Source: a virus
Length of the DNA stretch: 40,589 nt
Strand: one strand, 5' to 3'
Virus record (IMG/VR): IMGVR_UViG_3300020215_000039
In this document: positions 1 to 7,207 of the stretch, in pieces
Numbering within the stretch: the first letter of the stretch is position 1
How the letters are laid out: the number at the start of each line of letters is the position of its first letter
The notes under the pieces: model-generated
The model's database searches: none
Seen by the model: only the letters and a program-made list of their open reading frames with translations
What the model was told of the DNA's origin: nothing
Translations under genes and position numbers: made by a program

Positions 1-127
1 AAAAAAGGCAATGGATATCGTCAATAAACTAGGAATCCATAAAGCTCTAGATGCTACTGCTTCTCCGGTTCAAGTCAGAGACTTAGCTACCGAGGATTAT
101 TTGTGAAATACGACGATTTCTGCGGTT
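1..127. repeat. Terminal overlap, left copy (identical to 40463-40589)
   Basis: Direct string comparison: aaaaaaggcaatggatatcg...cgacgatttctgcggtt occurs at both ends. It carries the 3' end of CDS 40227..40568. Confidence 0.95.
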
Positions 128-282
128 TATGTCAGAAGAAAATACTAGAGAACGGACACCCAAACGGAGCCGGAGTTTCAGTTACTTTTTACATACCAAA
201 ATCAATTTGGACAGCAAAGAAATATTATAAGGATTTGTTTAAGAAACGACTAAGAACAATGATTAAAAGGTATAGGAAATGA
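103..282 (+). CDS. Hypothetical small basic protein (59 aa, GTG start)
   Basis: GTGA overlap with the stop of the wrapped CDS 40227..40568. Open frame VKYDDFCGLCQKK...KRYRK. Below the track cutoff. Confidence 0.4.
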   Translation: MKYDDFCGLCQKKILENGHPNGAGVSVTFYIPKSIWTAKKYYKDLFKKRLRTMIKRYRK

Positions 283-284
283 AT

Positions 285-416
285 CAGATTTGGCAGTGTG
301 GCGGAATAAGACGCAGATGATATACCTTGTCCCATCGGGTACTAATACACATAGTGGACGGAAGGGATGAACTACCCGTGTCAGATGAAATCTCTGACCA
401 CTGCCAAACAGATTTG
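285..416 (+). promoter_or_regulatory. Structured intergenic element upstream of CDS 440
   Basis: 10-bp long-range stem tttggcagtg (289-298) / cactgccaaa (399-408) encloses a nested stem cgggta (336-341) / tacccg (373-378). cagatttg is repeated at both flanks. No ORF. Confidence 0.3.
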
Positions 417-439
417 AAAATAACAGGAGGAATTAAACG

Positions 440-691
440 ATGAGCGAGAAGAAGATAGAAGATGGCGGACCAGCGTTTCCAAGACCAGCAAGTTCATTGA
501 GCCCTTTTAAAGATGTATTTGAAATTGCATCTCAGCCAGGTATGTCGCTCAGAGATTATTTTGCAGCTCATGCGTTACAGGGGTTTCTTGCCGCTGATTT
601 AAAGTGTTCTTGCAACGAATCAGTTTCGAGTATTACCAGTAAGGCATATTATATAGCCGACGCTATGTTATCAGCCAGAGAGAAAGAATAA
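440..691 (+). CDS. Hypothetical phage protein (DGGPAFP / GMSLRDYFAA motifs)
   Basis: 83 aa. AGGAGG lies 9 nt upstream of the ATG. Confidence 0.8.
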   Translation: MSEKKIEDGGPAFPRPASSLSPFKDVFEIASQPGMSLRDYFAAHALQGFLAADLKCSCNESVSSITSKAYYIADAMLSAREKE

Positions 692-834
692 TGAAAATCA
701 AAGCCTGGACAGCCTCATTTAACCGTCGTACATCCAAGAAATGGATTGTCATTCGCAAGACAAAGCCTAAATTGAATAGTGAATATTATGAGCCGTGTGT
801 GTTGATTATTGGGGAAAACTCAGCGAGGAGGTAA
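691..834 (+). CDS. Hypothetical small basic protein (47 aa)
   Basis: TAATG overlap with the upstream stop. Below the track cutoff. Confidence 0.4.
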   Translation: MKIKAWTASFNRRTSKKWIVIRKTKPKLNSEYYEPCVLIIGENSARR

Positions 835-841
835 TGAACTA

Positions 842-1801
842 ATGTTTATGATTGACTATCTTCGCAATAATCCTGAAAAAATAAGGGACAAGAGCGAATT
901 TCAATATTACTCTAAATCGGGGATCGTCAAATCTTTAGATGAAGCCGTTTCGATAAATAACCAAAATGTCCTCAACTATATTACAACGAAGGAAAAATGG
1001 ACGCTTAAAGATTTGCGTTATCCAAAGCCGCAGTTTCCTTGCATTTTTTTAGAAGCAGAAGAACCGCCACCTCATAGATTAGATATAAAAAAGTTCGGAA
1101 TTCCTTCCCATGGGATGCTGGTAGTTACTGGTGATGGAAAGCAGAAAATTAACTATGCCTATGCAATTCATTTTATCGGTATAAAAGACTTTAAAAATAA
1201 ATTTGTGCAAATGGGACAAGGGGCAACAATGTTTTGGGCTTATGATAAAGAAGGCAATATTATTAAAAGATATGAAAGCAATTCATTAATGGATAAATTA
1301 AAAAGAAAACTTGGACTGAAAGATTCCTCATACGAAGAAATATCTTATTTTGATGGAGATTATTTTTATAACGCATTAACTAAAGAAAAGCAGAAATATG
1401 TCCATGAAAATGAGTTAAGTATTCAAAATATTTCAGGGGTGCAATTAATTGGGACATTAATGACTTTTTCGTTTATGAACTGCAAAAATGTCTCAATGCC
1501 AACTCTTCGTGAAGGATCAAAACAGACATATACTCCAACAGCCGTTGGTGAACGAAAGCCAATAACTAAAATCTATACACTTACTATTGATCCAATTAAG
1601 AAGATTATCCAATCAAAATGTAATGGACAATCAAATTTAACTCCAAAATCTCTCCATATTTGCAGGGGTCATTTTAAAGATTTTTCACATGGCAAAGGTT
1701 TATTTGGCCAACATAAAGGAATTTATTGGTGGCCTATGCAGACCAGAGGAAATGAGAAGTATGGGAAGATTATTAAAGATTATAAGGTTCTAAGTAAATG
1801 A
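842..1801 (+). CDS. Hypothetical protein, no family recognised (319 aa)
   Basis: The track ORF starts at TTG 809. ATG 842 sits about 10 nt after GAGGAGG (825-831). Visibly more A/T-rich than the structural genes. Confidence 0.8.
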   Translation: MFMIDYLRNNPEKIRDKSEFQYYSKSGIVKSLDEAVSINNQNVLNYITTKEKWTLKDLRYPKPQFPCIFLEAEEPPPHRLDIKKFGIPSHGMLVVTGDGKQKINYAYAIHFIGIKDFKNKFVQMGQGATMFWAYDKEGNIIKRYESNSLMDKLKRKLGLKDSSYEEISYFDGDYFYNALTKEKQKYVHENELSIQNISGVQLIGTLMTFSFMNCKNVSMPTLREGSKQTYTPTAVGERKPITKIYTLTIDPIKKIIQSKCNGQSNLTPKSLHICRGHFKDFSHGKGLFGQHKGIYWWPMQTRGNEKYGKIIKDYKVLSK

Positions 1802-1956
1802 CCCCTAAACCAAAGAAACCTAAGTGCGATCATTTACTTGGATACGATATTCTGCCGAATGCGCCGTATCTTGTTAGCTTGGTTCATAACAGAGACGGTT
1901 ATTTTCCGAACAATAAATTTAAATGGTGTCCAAATTGTGGAGCAAAGAATAAATGA
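1798..1956 (+). CDS. Small zinc-ribbon-like protein (52 aa)
   Basis: ATGA overlaps at both ends (with 842..1801 and 1953..2213). Motifs KCDH...CPNCG. Replaces the implausible track ORF 1838..2047. Confidence 0.55.
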   Translation: MTPKPKKPKCDHLLGYDILPNAPYLVSLVHNRDGYFPNNKFKWCPNCGAKNK

Positions 1957-2213
1957 ATATAGAAATAACACTTCCAGAAGGAAAAGAATCATTAAACAAA
2001 CAAGAGATCGAGGACTTATTCATCCGTCCTTATGCCGAAATGGTTGATAAGGCATTTGCGGATTATGTGAACAAAATTAATGAGCTTCAATCCCAGCTCC
2101 GCGAGGCAATACAGATTATTAGAATAGGAACCGGTTATTTGACTGTAGATAGAGATATAACTTGGAGAAATACTGCTAATAAGTTTCTGCAATCCGTGGA
2201 GGGGAGCAAGTGA
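1953..2213 (+). CDS. Hypothetical protein (86 aa)
   Basis: Track ORF, coupled to its neighbours by overlapping start and stop codons. Confidence 0.7.
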   Translation: MNIEITLPEGKESLNKQEIEDLFIRPYAEMVDKAFADYVNKINELQSQLREAIQIIRIGTGYLTVDRDITWRNTANKFLQSVEGSK

Positions 2214-2533
2214 TCTTCTTAAAACTTTTAATAGGCCACGCTTTCGCTGATTTCGTATTTCAAGGTGACACAATGGCGAAGGGTAAGAATCGCCATAGAA
2301 AAACAGAGCCACCGCCAGGCGCACAGTATCAGCCGACATGGTTTTATTGGCTTACAGCTCATGCCTTAGTTCACGGTGGAATCGTTTGGATTATTACTCA
2401 AAATATGTGGCTAGGAATTGCGGAAATCGTTTGCCACTGGCTCATTGATTTCGGAAAGTGCGAAAACTTATATGGAATTCATACGGATCAACTATCACAT
2501 ATATTTTTCAAATTAATTTGGAGTGTATATTAA
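2210..2533 (+). CDS. DUF3307-like membrane protein
   Basis: 107 aa, GTGA overlap start. Histidine-containing hydrophobic motifs GHAFADFVFQ, HALVHGG and HWLIDFGK, as recalled for DUF3307. Confidence 0.6.
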   Translation: MIFLKLLIGHAFADFVFQGDTMAKGKNRHRKTEPPPGAQYQPTWFYWLTAHALVHGGIVWIITQNMWLGIAEIVCHWLIDFGKCENLYGIHTDQLSHIFFKLIWSVY

Positions 2534-2728
2534 ATGCAAATAACAGTCTACGCTTGCGATGAGTGCGGGAAAGAGAGAAGGGATGAATTCTTAGATATTG
2601 CCTTTTCATTACGTCACGTGAAATTTAATGAACCAGGTTTTGCTGAAACCGGCGACTTTTGTTCTATCAAATGCGCCCGAGCATGGTTCGAGAAGCTATT
2701 GGATAAGATTGAGAAGGAGGGGAGATGA
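2534..2728 (+). CDS. Small zinc-ribbon protein (64 aa)
   Basis: Motifs CDECGK ... CSIKC. Starts 1 nt after the upstream stop. Confidence 0.7.
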   Translation: MQITVYACDECGKERRDEFLDIAFSLRHVKFNEPGFAETGDFCSIKCARAWFEKLLDKIEKEGR

Positions 2729-2967
2729 AACTAACGCCACGGCAATGGATAAAGAAGTTGAGTATTAAATGCGAGATTTTGGACCCTGACGGATGGAATC
2801 GCTCTAATTGGAGGAAGTCATGGCGTGAGAAAATAGATAGGGATTTGTTTTTCGACAGAATGGACTCCTCAACCTGTATTCATAGAAAATTAAAAACAAA
2901 CAGATGGTGTTCATGTGTAATGGCAAGGCCAGAATTAGTTGAAGAGTATTCATCTCTCGACAAATGA
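2725..2967 (+). CDS. Hypothetical protein (80 aa)
   Basis: ATGA overlap with the upstream ORF. Confidence 0.7.
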   Translation: MKLTPRQWIKKLSIKCEILDPDGWNRSNWRKSWREKIDRDLFFDRMDSSTCIHRKLKTNRWCSCVMARPELVEEYSSLDK

Positions 2968-3134
2968 CCACCCCATCTAACATTTGCAAAGATCACTGCT
3001 TCCACGAAGTTGATATTGAAATTCCTTTTGGACATGGGTTCCATTATTCTTATTACGATAGAACCAAGCAAACTCGCAGAGGTAGAATCTGTTGCTGGTG
3101 CGGCACAGAGAGGGAAATATATGGAATCCTCTAA
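2964..3134 (+). CDS. Small Cys/His-rich protein (56 aa), possible paralog of 3121..3276
   Basis: ATGA overlap with 2725..2967. Sequence MTTPSNICKDHC...CCWCG. Shares the DNA 12-mer tctaacatttgc (2976-2987) with the next ORF (3130-3141). Confidence 0.45.
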   Translation: MTTPSNICKDHCFHEVDIEIPFGHGFHYSYYDRTKQTRRGRICCWCGTEREIYGIL

Positions 3135-3276
3135 CATTTGCGCTAATTGTGGGCATGGAATTAAGGATCACGAGAAAACATATACTGGAGCAAATGAATG
3201 TTACTTTGCGGTAAGAGAATCGCCAATAGTTTATTGTGCTTGTTTTAATTTCACCCAACGGAGGAAGCGGAGATGA
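3121..3276 (+). CDS. Small Cys-rich protein (51 aa)
   Basis: In-frame ATG within track ORF 3010..3276. Sequence MESSNICANCGHGIKDHE...CAC. The upstream part of the track ORF is better explained by 2964..3134. Confidence 0.5.
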   Translation: MESSNICANCGHGIKDHEKTYTGANECYFAVRESPIVYCACFNFTQRRKRR

Positions 3277-3413
3277 GAGACGATCAATTTAAAAAGTTAA
3301 TGACAGCACTCAACATAATCATATTAGCTCTCGGGTATATTGCCGGTTCATTGATGCTTGGTTGCGCTACTCCTAGAACACATCCCGAATTCTCTAGGCA
3401 GGTGAGGAAGTGA
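3273..3413 (+). CDS. Tiny putative lipoprotein (46 aa)
   Basis: ATGA overlap with the upstream ORF. The N-terminus MRDDQFKKLMTALNIIILALGYIAGSLMLGC ends in a lipobox-like LGC. Confidence 0.4.
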   Translation: MRDDQFKKLMTALNIIILALGYIAGSLMLGCATPRTHPEFSRQVRK

Positions 3414-3490
3414 ACGATATCCTTTTGGTTATATGCATTGTATGGATACTAGCGGTCATATTGGTTTATGTTACGGGGATTTATGTATGA
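3410..3490 (+). CDS. Tiny hydrophobic peptide (26 aa, GTG start)
   Basis: GTGA overlap, with AGGTGAGGAA upstream. Sequence VNDILLVICIVWILAVILVYVTGIYV. Confidence 0.3.
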   Translation: MNDILLVICIVWILAVILVYVTGIYV

Positions 3491-3642
3491 AAAAGAAAAA
3501 GATTAAAATGCACGTGATGTCCTCAGAGCATTTCGTCTGTTACAAGAAATTTGATTTATGGGTTAAGAATACTAAGTATTGCTGTAGGTGTGAGGGGCAT
3601 AGGTGTAGGATGCCGAGGAGGACGAAACGGGTATGGAAATAA
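3487..3642 (+). CDS. Small basic Cys-rich protein (51 aa)
   Basis: ATGA overlap. In frame with track ORF 3433..3642. Motif CCRCEGHRC. Confidence 0.45.
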   Translation: MKKKKIKMHVMSSEHFVCYKKFDLWVKNTKYCCRCEGHRCRMPRRTKRVWK

Positions 3643-3773
3643 AACCGATTCTTTTGAAAGATTTGTATGCCTTAATAGAAAAAATGGAAGACAACGGAGC
3701 TAAGCCAAAGTATATTTATTTTGTTGGTGACAAATTATTTGTGACAGAAAAGAAGGTAAGGCAATCTAAATAG
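3633..3773 (+). CDS. Hypothetical small protein (46 aa)
   Basis: ATG overlaps the end of the previous ORF by 10 nt. Below the track cutoff. Confidence 0.35.
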   Translation: MEIKPILLKDLYALIEKMEDNGAKPKYIYFVGDKLFVTEKKVRQSK

Positions 3774-3787
3774 AAAGGAGGGTTTGA

Positions 3788-3973
3788 TTGAGACAGCCGA
3801 CAGACCCAGACAAGTTAGAGCAACTCAGGAAATATCACATTGAACTGTTGTCGAGATTTTTGAGAGGGAAGCTGGATGGAAAGGTGACGCACTTAATGAG
3901 AATAAAAGCTAATGAGTTAAGGGTTTCTCTTTCGGTTTATTACGAGCGCAATAGAAAATTGAAACAAGTATAA
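3788..3973 (+). CDS. Hypothetical protein (61 aa, TTG start); last early ORF before the late leader
   Basis: AAAGGAGG lies 6-7 nt upstream of TTG 3788. Confidence 0.6.
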   Translation: MRQPTDPDKLEQLRKYHIELLSRFLRGKLDGKVTHLMRIKANELRVSLSVYYERNRKLKQV

Positions 3974-3975
3974 TC

Positions 3976-4004
3976 TTGCACTTTTATGCTATATCTTGTA
4001 TAAA
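3976..4004 (+). promoter_or_regulatory. Sigma70-type promoter candidate (TTGCAC-17-TATAAA)
   Basis: -35 TTGCAC at 3976-3981, exact 17-nt spacer, -10 TATAAA at 3999-4004. Sits in an ORF-free stretch just after the stop at 3973. Confidence 0.5.
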
Positions 4005-4010
4005 AGGACT

Positions 4011-4151
4011 GACCGGGGCTATTTCCCTACTAGCTTCGGATTGCAATACGGGTTAGTATTACATCCATCCATGGAAATTTAAATATAAATTCCCATGCTA
4101 GTTTGATAAAAAGCTCTTGGAGTTTAGTCCTCTGAGAGCTTTTTCTTTTTT
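4011..4151 (+). ncRNA. Candidate ~140-nt structured leader RNA or small RNA
   Basis: Bounded by the promoter at 3976-4004 and the terminator at 4110-4151. Internal helices actagc (4029-4034) / gctagt (4097-4102) and an 11-bp hairpin 4070-4080 / 4087-4097 with one mismatch. No meaningful ORF. Confidence 0.4.
4110..4151 (+). terminator. Intrinsic terminator T1
   Basis: Stem aaagctct (4110-4117) / agagcttt (4135-4142), extendable by gag/ctc. Followed by ttttctttttt. Confidence 0.65.
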
Positions 4152-4234
4152 GATTCCTCTTTTTATTCATACTCCGTCCTTGTTGTTACTTCATTTCGGG
4201 CATAATTTCACCCGGGCCTTTGCAGGTGATTAAT

Positions 4235-4372
4235 ATGCCTATAGGAGAATGTGGAATCAGAAGGGTTTTGCCCCGGCCAGCATTCAATAATTGTCCCATC
4301 ATATTAAAAAGTTGTCAAGTAATTTGTCCCAGCGGCAAACTTATTCGTTCAATCCGTAACAAACCGGAATAA
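4235..4372 (+). CDS. Possible small Cys-rich peptide (45 aa)
   Basis: AGGTGA lies 5 nt upstream of ATG 4235. Sequence MPIGECGIRRVLPRPAFNNCPIILKSCQVICPSGKLIRSIRNKPE. Below the track cutoff. Confidence 0.3.
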   Translation: MPIGECGIRRVLPRPAFNNCPIILKSCQVICPSGKLIRSIRNKPE

Positions 4373-4468
4373 TACGGAATGGAATTAGACTACAAAAAAT
4401 ACACTTTTCTGCTACACTTAATATAAGTGTTAATGGATTTTTCCGCCCTTAGCTTTTTTTGCTAAGCC

Positions 4469-4500
4469 GCGAGCGCCAACGAAAGTTCGCGTCGCTTTTT
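4469..4500 (+). terminator. Intrinsic terminator candidate T2
   Basis: GC-rich imperfect hairpin gcgagcgccaac-gaaa-gttcgcgtcgc followed by ttttt. Preceded by the hairpin cttagc-ttttttt-gctaag. Confidence 0.45.
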
Positions 4501-4564
4501 ACATAAACCCTTTAGCCTCATGAACTAAAGGATGAGTTAGCGCAAACTAACGCCAACAGATTTT

Positions 4565-4615
4565 GCGGTCTGATTGTCCCGAGGAAAACCCTCGTGATGG
4601 TCAGGCCGCTTTTTT
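4565..4615 (+). terminator. Intrinsic terminator T3
   Basis: Outer stem gcggtctga / tcaggccgc (one G-U pair), inner stem cgagg / cctcg, then tttttt. Confidence 0.65.
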
Positions 4616-4630
4616 GTTGCAAGGAACCTA

Positions 4631-4822
4631 ATGGGATTTAGATATCACAGCGACTACGAAGTATCCGTCCAAGCCTCCGAAAAGAGAAGCAACGAAACCG
4701 GAATCCTTAAACGCGGCAAGGTCATGGATGAAGTGAAAAGTATGCTCAAAGACGGATACGAGGTTGATTTCTCAAACCCAGAAGTAACGATCTTTAGGAA
4801 GCCGAAGCGGAGAATGTGGTAG
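4631..4822 (+). CDS. Hypothetical protein (63 aa)
   Basis: Track ORF with a weak SD (aagga) 5 nt upstream. Preferred over the antisense ORF 4654..4905. Confidence 0.5.
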   Translation: MGFRYHSDYEVSVQASEKRSNETGILKRGKVMDEVKSMLKDGYEVDFSNPEVTIFRKPKRRMW

Positions 4823-5208
4823 AAACCAGATTTTAACCGTATCAAGCAGGATGTCTTTGTTTCCATTTCGCATCCAAAAAAAGAGTTAATGGAAAACCTT
4901 ATCAAATAAGCATTTTAGAACTTTGAACTTTTTAAGCCCTTTTCGTTCCGAAACAATAAAGGGAATGCAGAAAAAGAAACCGAAATTGACCACCACGGGT
5001 GTTGGCAACTTTCACCTTGGTCGCTTGGCAAATAAATGTCGTCAGTTGGTAGTAATGGGAACGGCTCTAAACTCCTAAACTACTATAACGAGTATCGCTA
5101 ATGGTTAGCCATAGAGCTTGCCAAGCAAGAAAGTTGAAAGAAGTGTTATGTTTTTTAAAAGTCTTAATATACAAGCATTTTAGAGATTCAGTAAAACTAT
5201 AGGAATCT

Positions 5209-5502
5209 ATGCCTTTTAAAGCCGGTGAAGAGTGGAAAGGAAATAGCAAGGGTCGGCCGCGGAAGCCGGAGATTGACCTTGTTAGAGAAGCTATAGAAGA
5301 GACGGCAATAGAAAAGAAGAAAACACTCTGGAAACATTTAATTGAGCAGTGCTATCAGGACAACAACGTTTTAATCGCAGTTGCAAAGAAGTTCATGCCT
5401 GACAAGATAGCAGCCGATGTTACGATTGATGACAGTTACGACTGGCAAGAACGCAGAAAAGAGCTGTTGGAATCACTCAAAGGACTAAATGCCTCAGATT
5501 GA
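5209..5502 (+). CDS. Terminase small subunit candidate
   Basis: 97 aa, basic N-terminus KGNSKGRPRKPE. Lies immediately upstream of TerL and overlaps it. Call rests on position and composition only. Confidence 0.55.
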   Translation: MPFKAGEEWKGNSKGRPRKPEIDLVREAIEETAIEKKKTLWKHLIEQCYQDNNVLIAVAKKFMPDKIAADVTIDDSYDWQERRKELLESLKGLNASD

Positions 5503-6895
5503 AGATATCGTAAAGACTGAAGCCGATACTAAAATCCTCGACCGTTACCTTTGCGAGAAGAGCTTGAAGCATCTCTGCCGTAACGTGCTTGGCTTTAAAG
5601 ATTGGGATAAATGTCACGATGATTTGGTCATCTTTGACGGCAAAAGCAAGAACAAACGCTTTAAACTCTATCTCCTCCCTCGCGGTCACCTTAAAACGTC
5701 CATCGTTACGATTGGTAAAACCATTCAGGATCTTTTAGTGGACCCAGATACCACGATCCTTTTAACGAGCGCCATTTGGAATAACTCTCGCTCATTCCTC
5801 TCTGAAATCAAAGAATATCTCACTACCAAGTCATTCTTGCCGCACCTTTACGGTAAGTTTGAATCAAACCTGTGGAATAGTGACCAGATCATTATCAGCC
5901 AGAGAAAACGCCCGAACAAAACCCCTACCGTTGATACGGCCGGTATCGAAAAGACGATGACAGGTCAGCACTATAAGGTTATCCGCGCTGATGACTTGGT
6001 CAACCGCGAGAATGTCTCTACCCCTGACCAGATACAAAAAACAATCAATTACTTTAAAGACTTGCTCAAACTCTTGGAACCGGATGGACGTTTAGAGATT
6101 GTTGGTACACGCTGGCATGATGCTGATCTCTATGGTCATATCCTTCGTGAGCTATGCAAAGAAGGGGAGTTAGATAGCTTTGCTGTACATAAGCGGAAAG
6201 CGGTAGAAGATGGCAAGGTCATATTCCCGAACAAGTTTAATATCGCATTGCTTGAGAACATCAAAAAACAGCTTGGAACATACGATTATTCTTGCAACTA
6301 CGAGAACGAGCCTATTAATCCTGAAACGCAACAGTTTAAACCGCCTTTCCGCTATTGGAATGAATTAGGTCAAGGATGCGAACATACCATCACGGTTGAT
6401 TTAGCCGTTGGAGACAAAGAATCGTCCGATTTTAACGTCATTATGGACGCAACCGTTAATGGAGCAAACCAGCTATGCGCCGTTGATTATTACCGTGGCA
6501 AGTGCGGGACAGCAGAGCTAATTGATCGTCTATTCTCTATGGCAATCTTATACCGCGTGAAGAAGGTTGGTATTGAGTCGGTCGCATACCAGAGAATATT
6601 CGCAAAGATGATCGAGGAAGAATGCCGCAAGAGAAACGTATTCTTTCAGGTTATTCCTATCATCCCTCATAAAGACAAGTTCTCTCGCATCATGGCGCTT
6701 CAACCACGTTATGAGTCTGGGAACCTTCTTTTAAAACAAGGGATGCATGAGCTGGAGGATGAGTTTACCCGCTTCCCCGTGGCTCAGCATGACGACATTT
6801 TAGACGCATTAGCAATGCAGTTATTACTCATTCAGCCGAGATATGAATCACGTCCGAAGGTTTATATCCCGCCCGAATATCAATCAGTCAGATAA
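5489..6895 (+). CDS. terL: Terminase large subunit
   Basis: 468 aa. Motifs: P-loop-like PRGHLKTS, Walker B IRADDLV, GTRWHDADLY, and C-terminal nuclease-type acidic motifs DLAVGD and HDDILDAL. Confidence 0.92.
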   Translation: MPQIEDIVKTEADTKILDRYLCEKSLKHLCRNVLGFKDWDKCHDDLVIFDGKSKNKRFKLYLLPRGHLKTSIVTIGKTIQDLLVDPDTTILLTSAIWNNSRSFLSEIKEYLTTKSFLPHLYGKFESNLWNSDQIIISQRKRPNKTPTVDTAGIEKTMTGQHYKVIRADDLVNRENVSTPDQIQKTINYFKDLLKLLEPDGRLEIVGTRWHDADLYGHILRELCKEGELDSFAVHKRKAVEDGKVIFPNKFNIALLENIKKQLGTYDYSCNYENEPINPETQQFKPPFRYWNELGQGCEHTITVDLAVGDKESSDFNVIMDATVNGANQLCAVDYYRGKCGTAELIDRLFSMAILYRVKKVGIESVAYQRIFAKMIEEECRKRNVFFQVIPIIPHKDKFSRIMALQPRYESGNLLLKQGMHELEDEFTRFPVAQHDDILDALAMQLLLIQPRYESRPKVYIPPEYQSVR

Positions 6896-7068
6896 TGCGA
6901 TTTACTGGAAAGTTAGTTTATGCAGGCGGAAATCATAAAGTGTTCTGTAACGAAAAAGATCATGTGAGAGTGTCTGATACAAGAAATGAGAACATTTTTG
7001 AATACGATAAATTTGGATGTGATTGCAGTAACTGGACGGAGGTGAACCGTGGCAAAGAAAAAGAATGA
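6895..7068 (+). CDS. Hypothetical small protein (57 aa)
   Basis: TAATG overlap with the terL stop. Below the track cutoff. Competes with three antisense track ORFs. Confidence 0.45.
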   Translation: MRFTGKLVYAGGNHKVFCNEKDHVRVSDTRNENIFEYDKFGCDCSNWTEVNRGKEKE

Positions 7069-7207
7069 AGAAGCCGTTGAACAAACTGTAAATCCTCTTG
7101 AAGAAAGAGTGGCGAAGCTTGAAGGCGTGGTTGCAGAGCTGACCAAGTTCTGGAACGAAGTAAAAGAAAATCCATATATCAAGAAACCGAAAGGCGGTTT
7201 GATTTGA
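7049..7207 (+). CDS. Hypothetical small coiled-coil protein (52 aa, GTG start)
   Basis: GGAGG (7038-7042) lies 6 nt upstream of GTG 7049. Confidence 0.5.
   Translation: MAKKKNEEAVEQTVNPLEERVAKLEGVVAELTKFWNEVKENPYIKKPKGGLI

Noticed and set aside
1838-3258. Track ORFs 1838..2047(+), 2016..2339(-), 2804..2989(-), 2880..3137(-), 2977..3258(-) and the 5' part of 3010..3276
   Set aside because: They overlap a continuous chain of + strand ORFs linked by ATGA overlaps (1798..1956, 1953..2213, 2210..2533, 2725..2967, 2964..3134, 3121..3276). Their translations are Cys/Phe/Leu/Arg-rich shadow-frame types.
4291-4580. Recurring TTGTCCC motif (327, 4291, 4324, 4574; TTGTCCCATC twice) as a possible phage-specific promoter or binding site
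   Set aside because: Exact 10-mer pairs are expected by chance many times in 40 kb. Two copies may simply encode Cys-Pro in the possible 4235..4372 ORF. No consistent -10 element lies at a fixed distance. Only mild enrichment in non-coding DNA remains.
4908-5184. 12-mer direct repeat aagcattttaga as a significant repeat
   Set aside because: Tens of exact 12-mer pairs are expected by chance in a sequence of this length. It is kept only as weak supporting context for a cos/pac region.
6902-7182. Three overlapping minus-strand track ORFs (60-89 aa) between terL and the portal region
   Set aside because: They are antisense to two + strand small ORFs that have TAATG coupling to terL (6895..7068) and a well-spaced GGAGG (7049..7207). 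They have odd, low-complexity composition, and every neighbouring gene is on the + strand.
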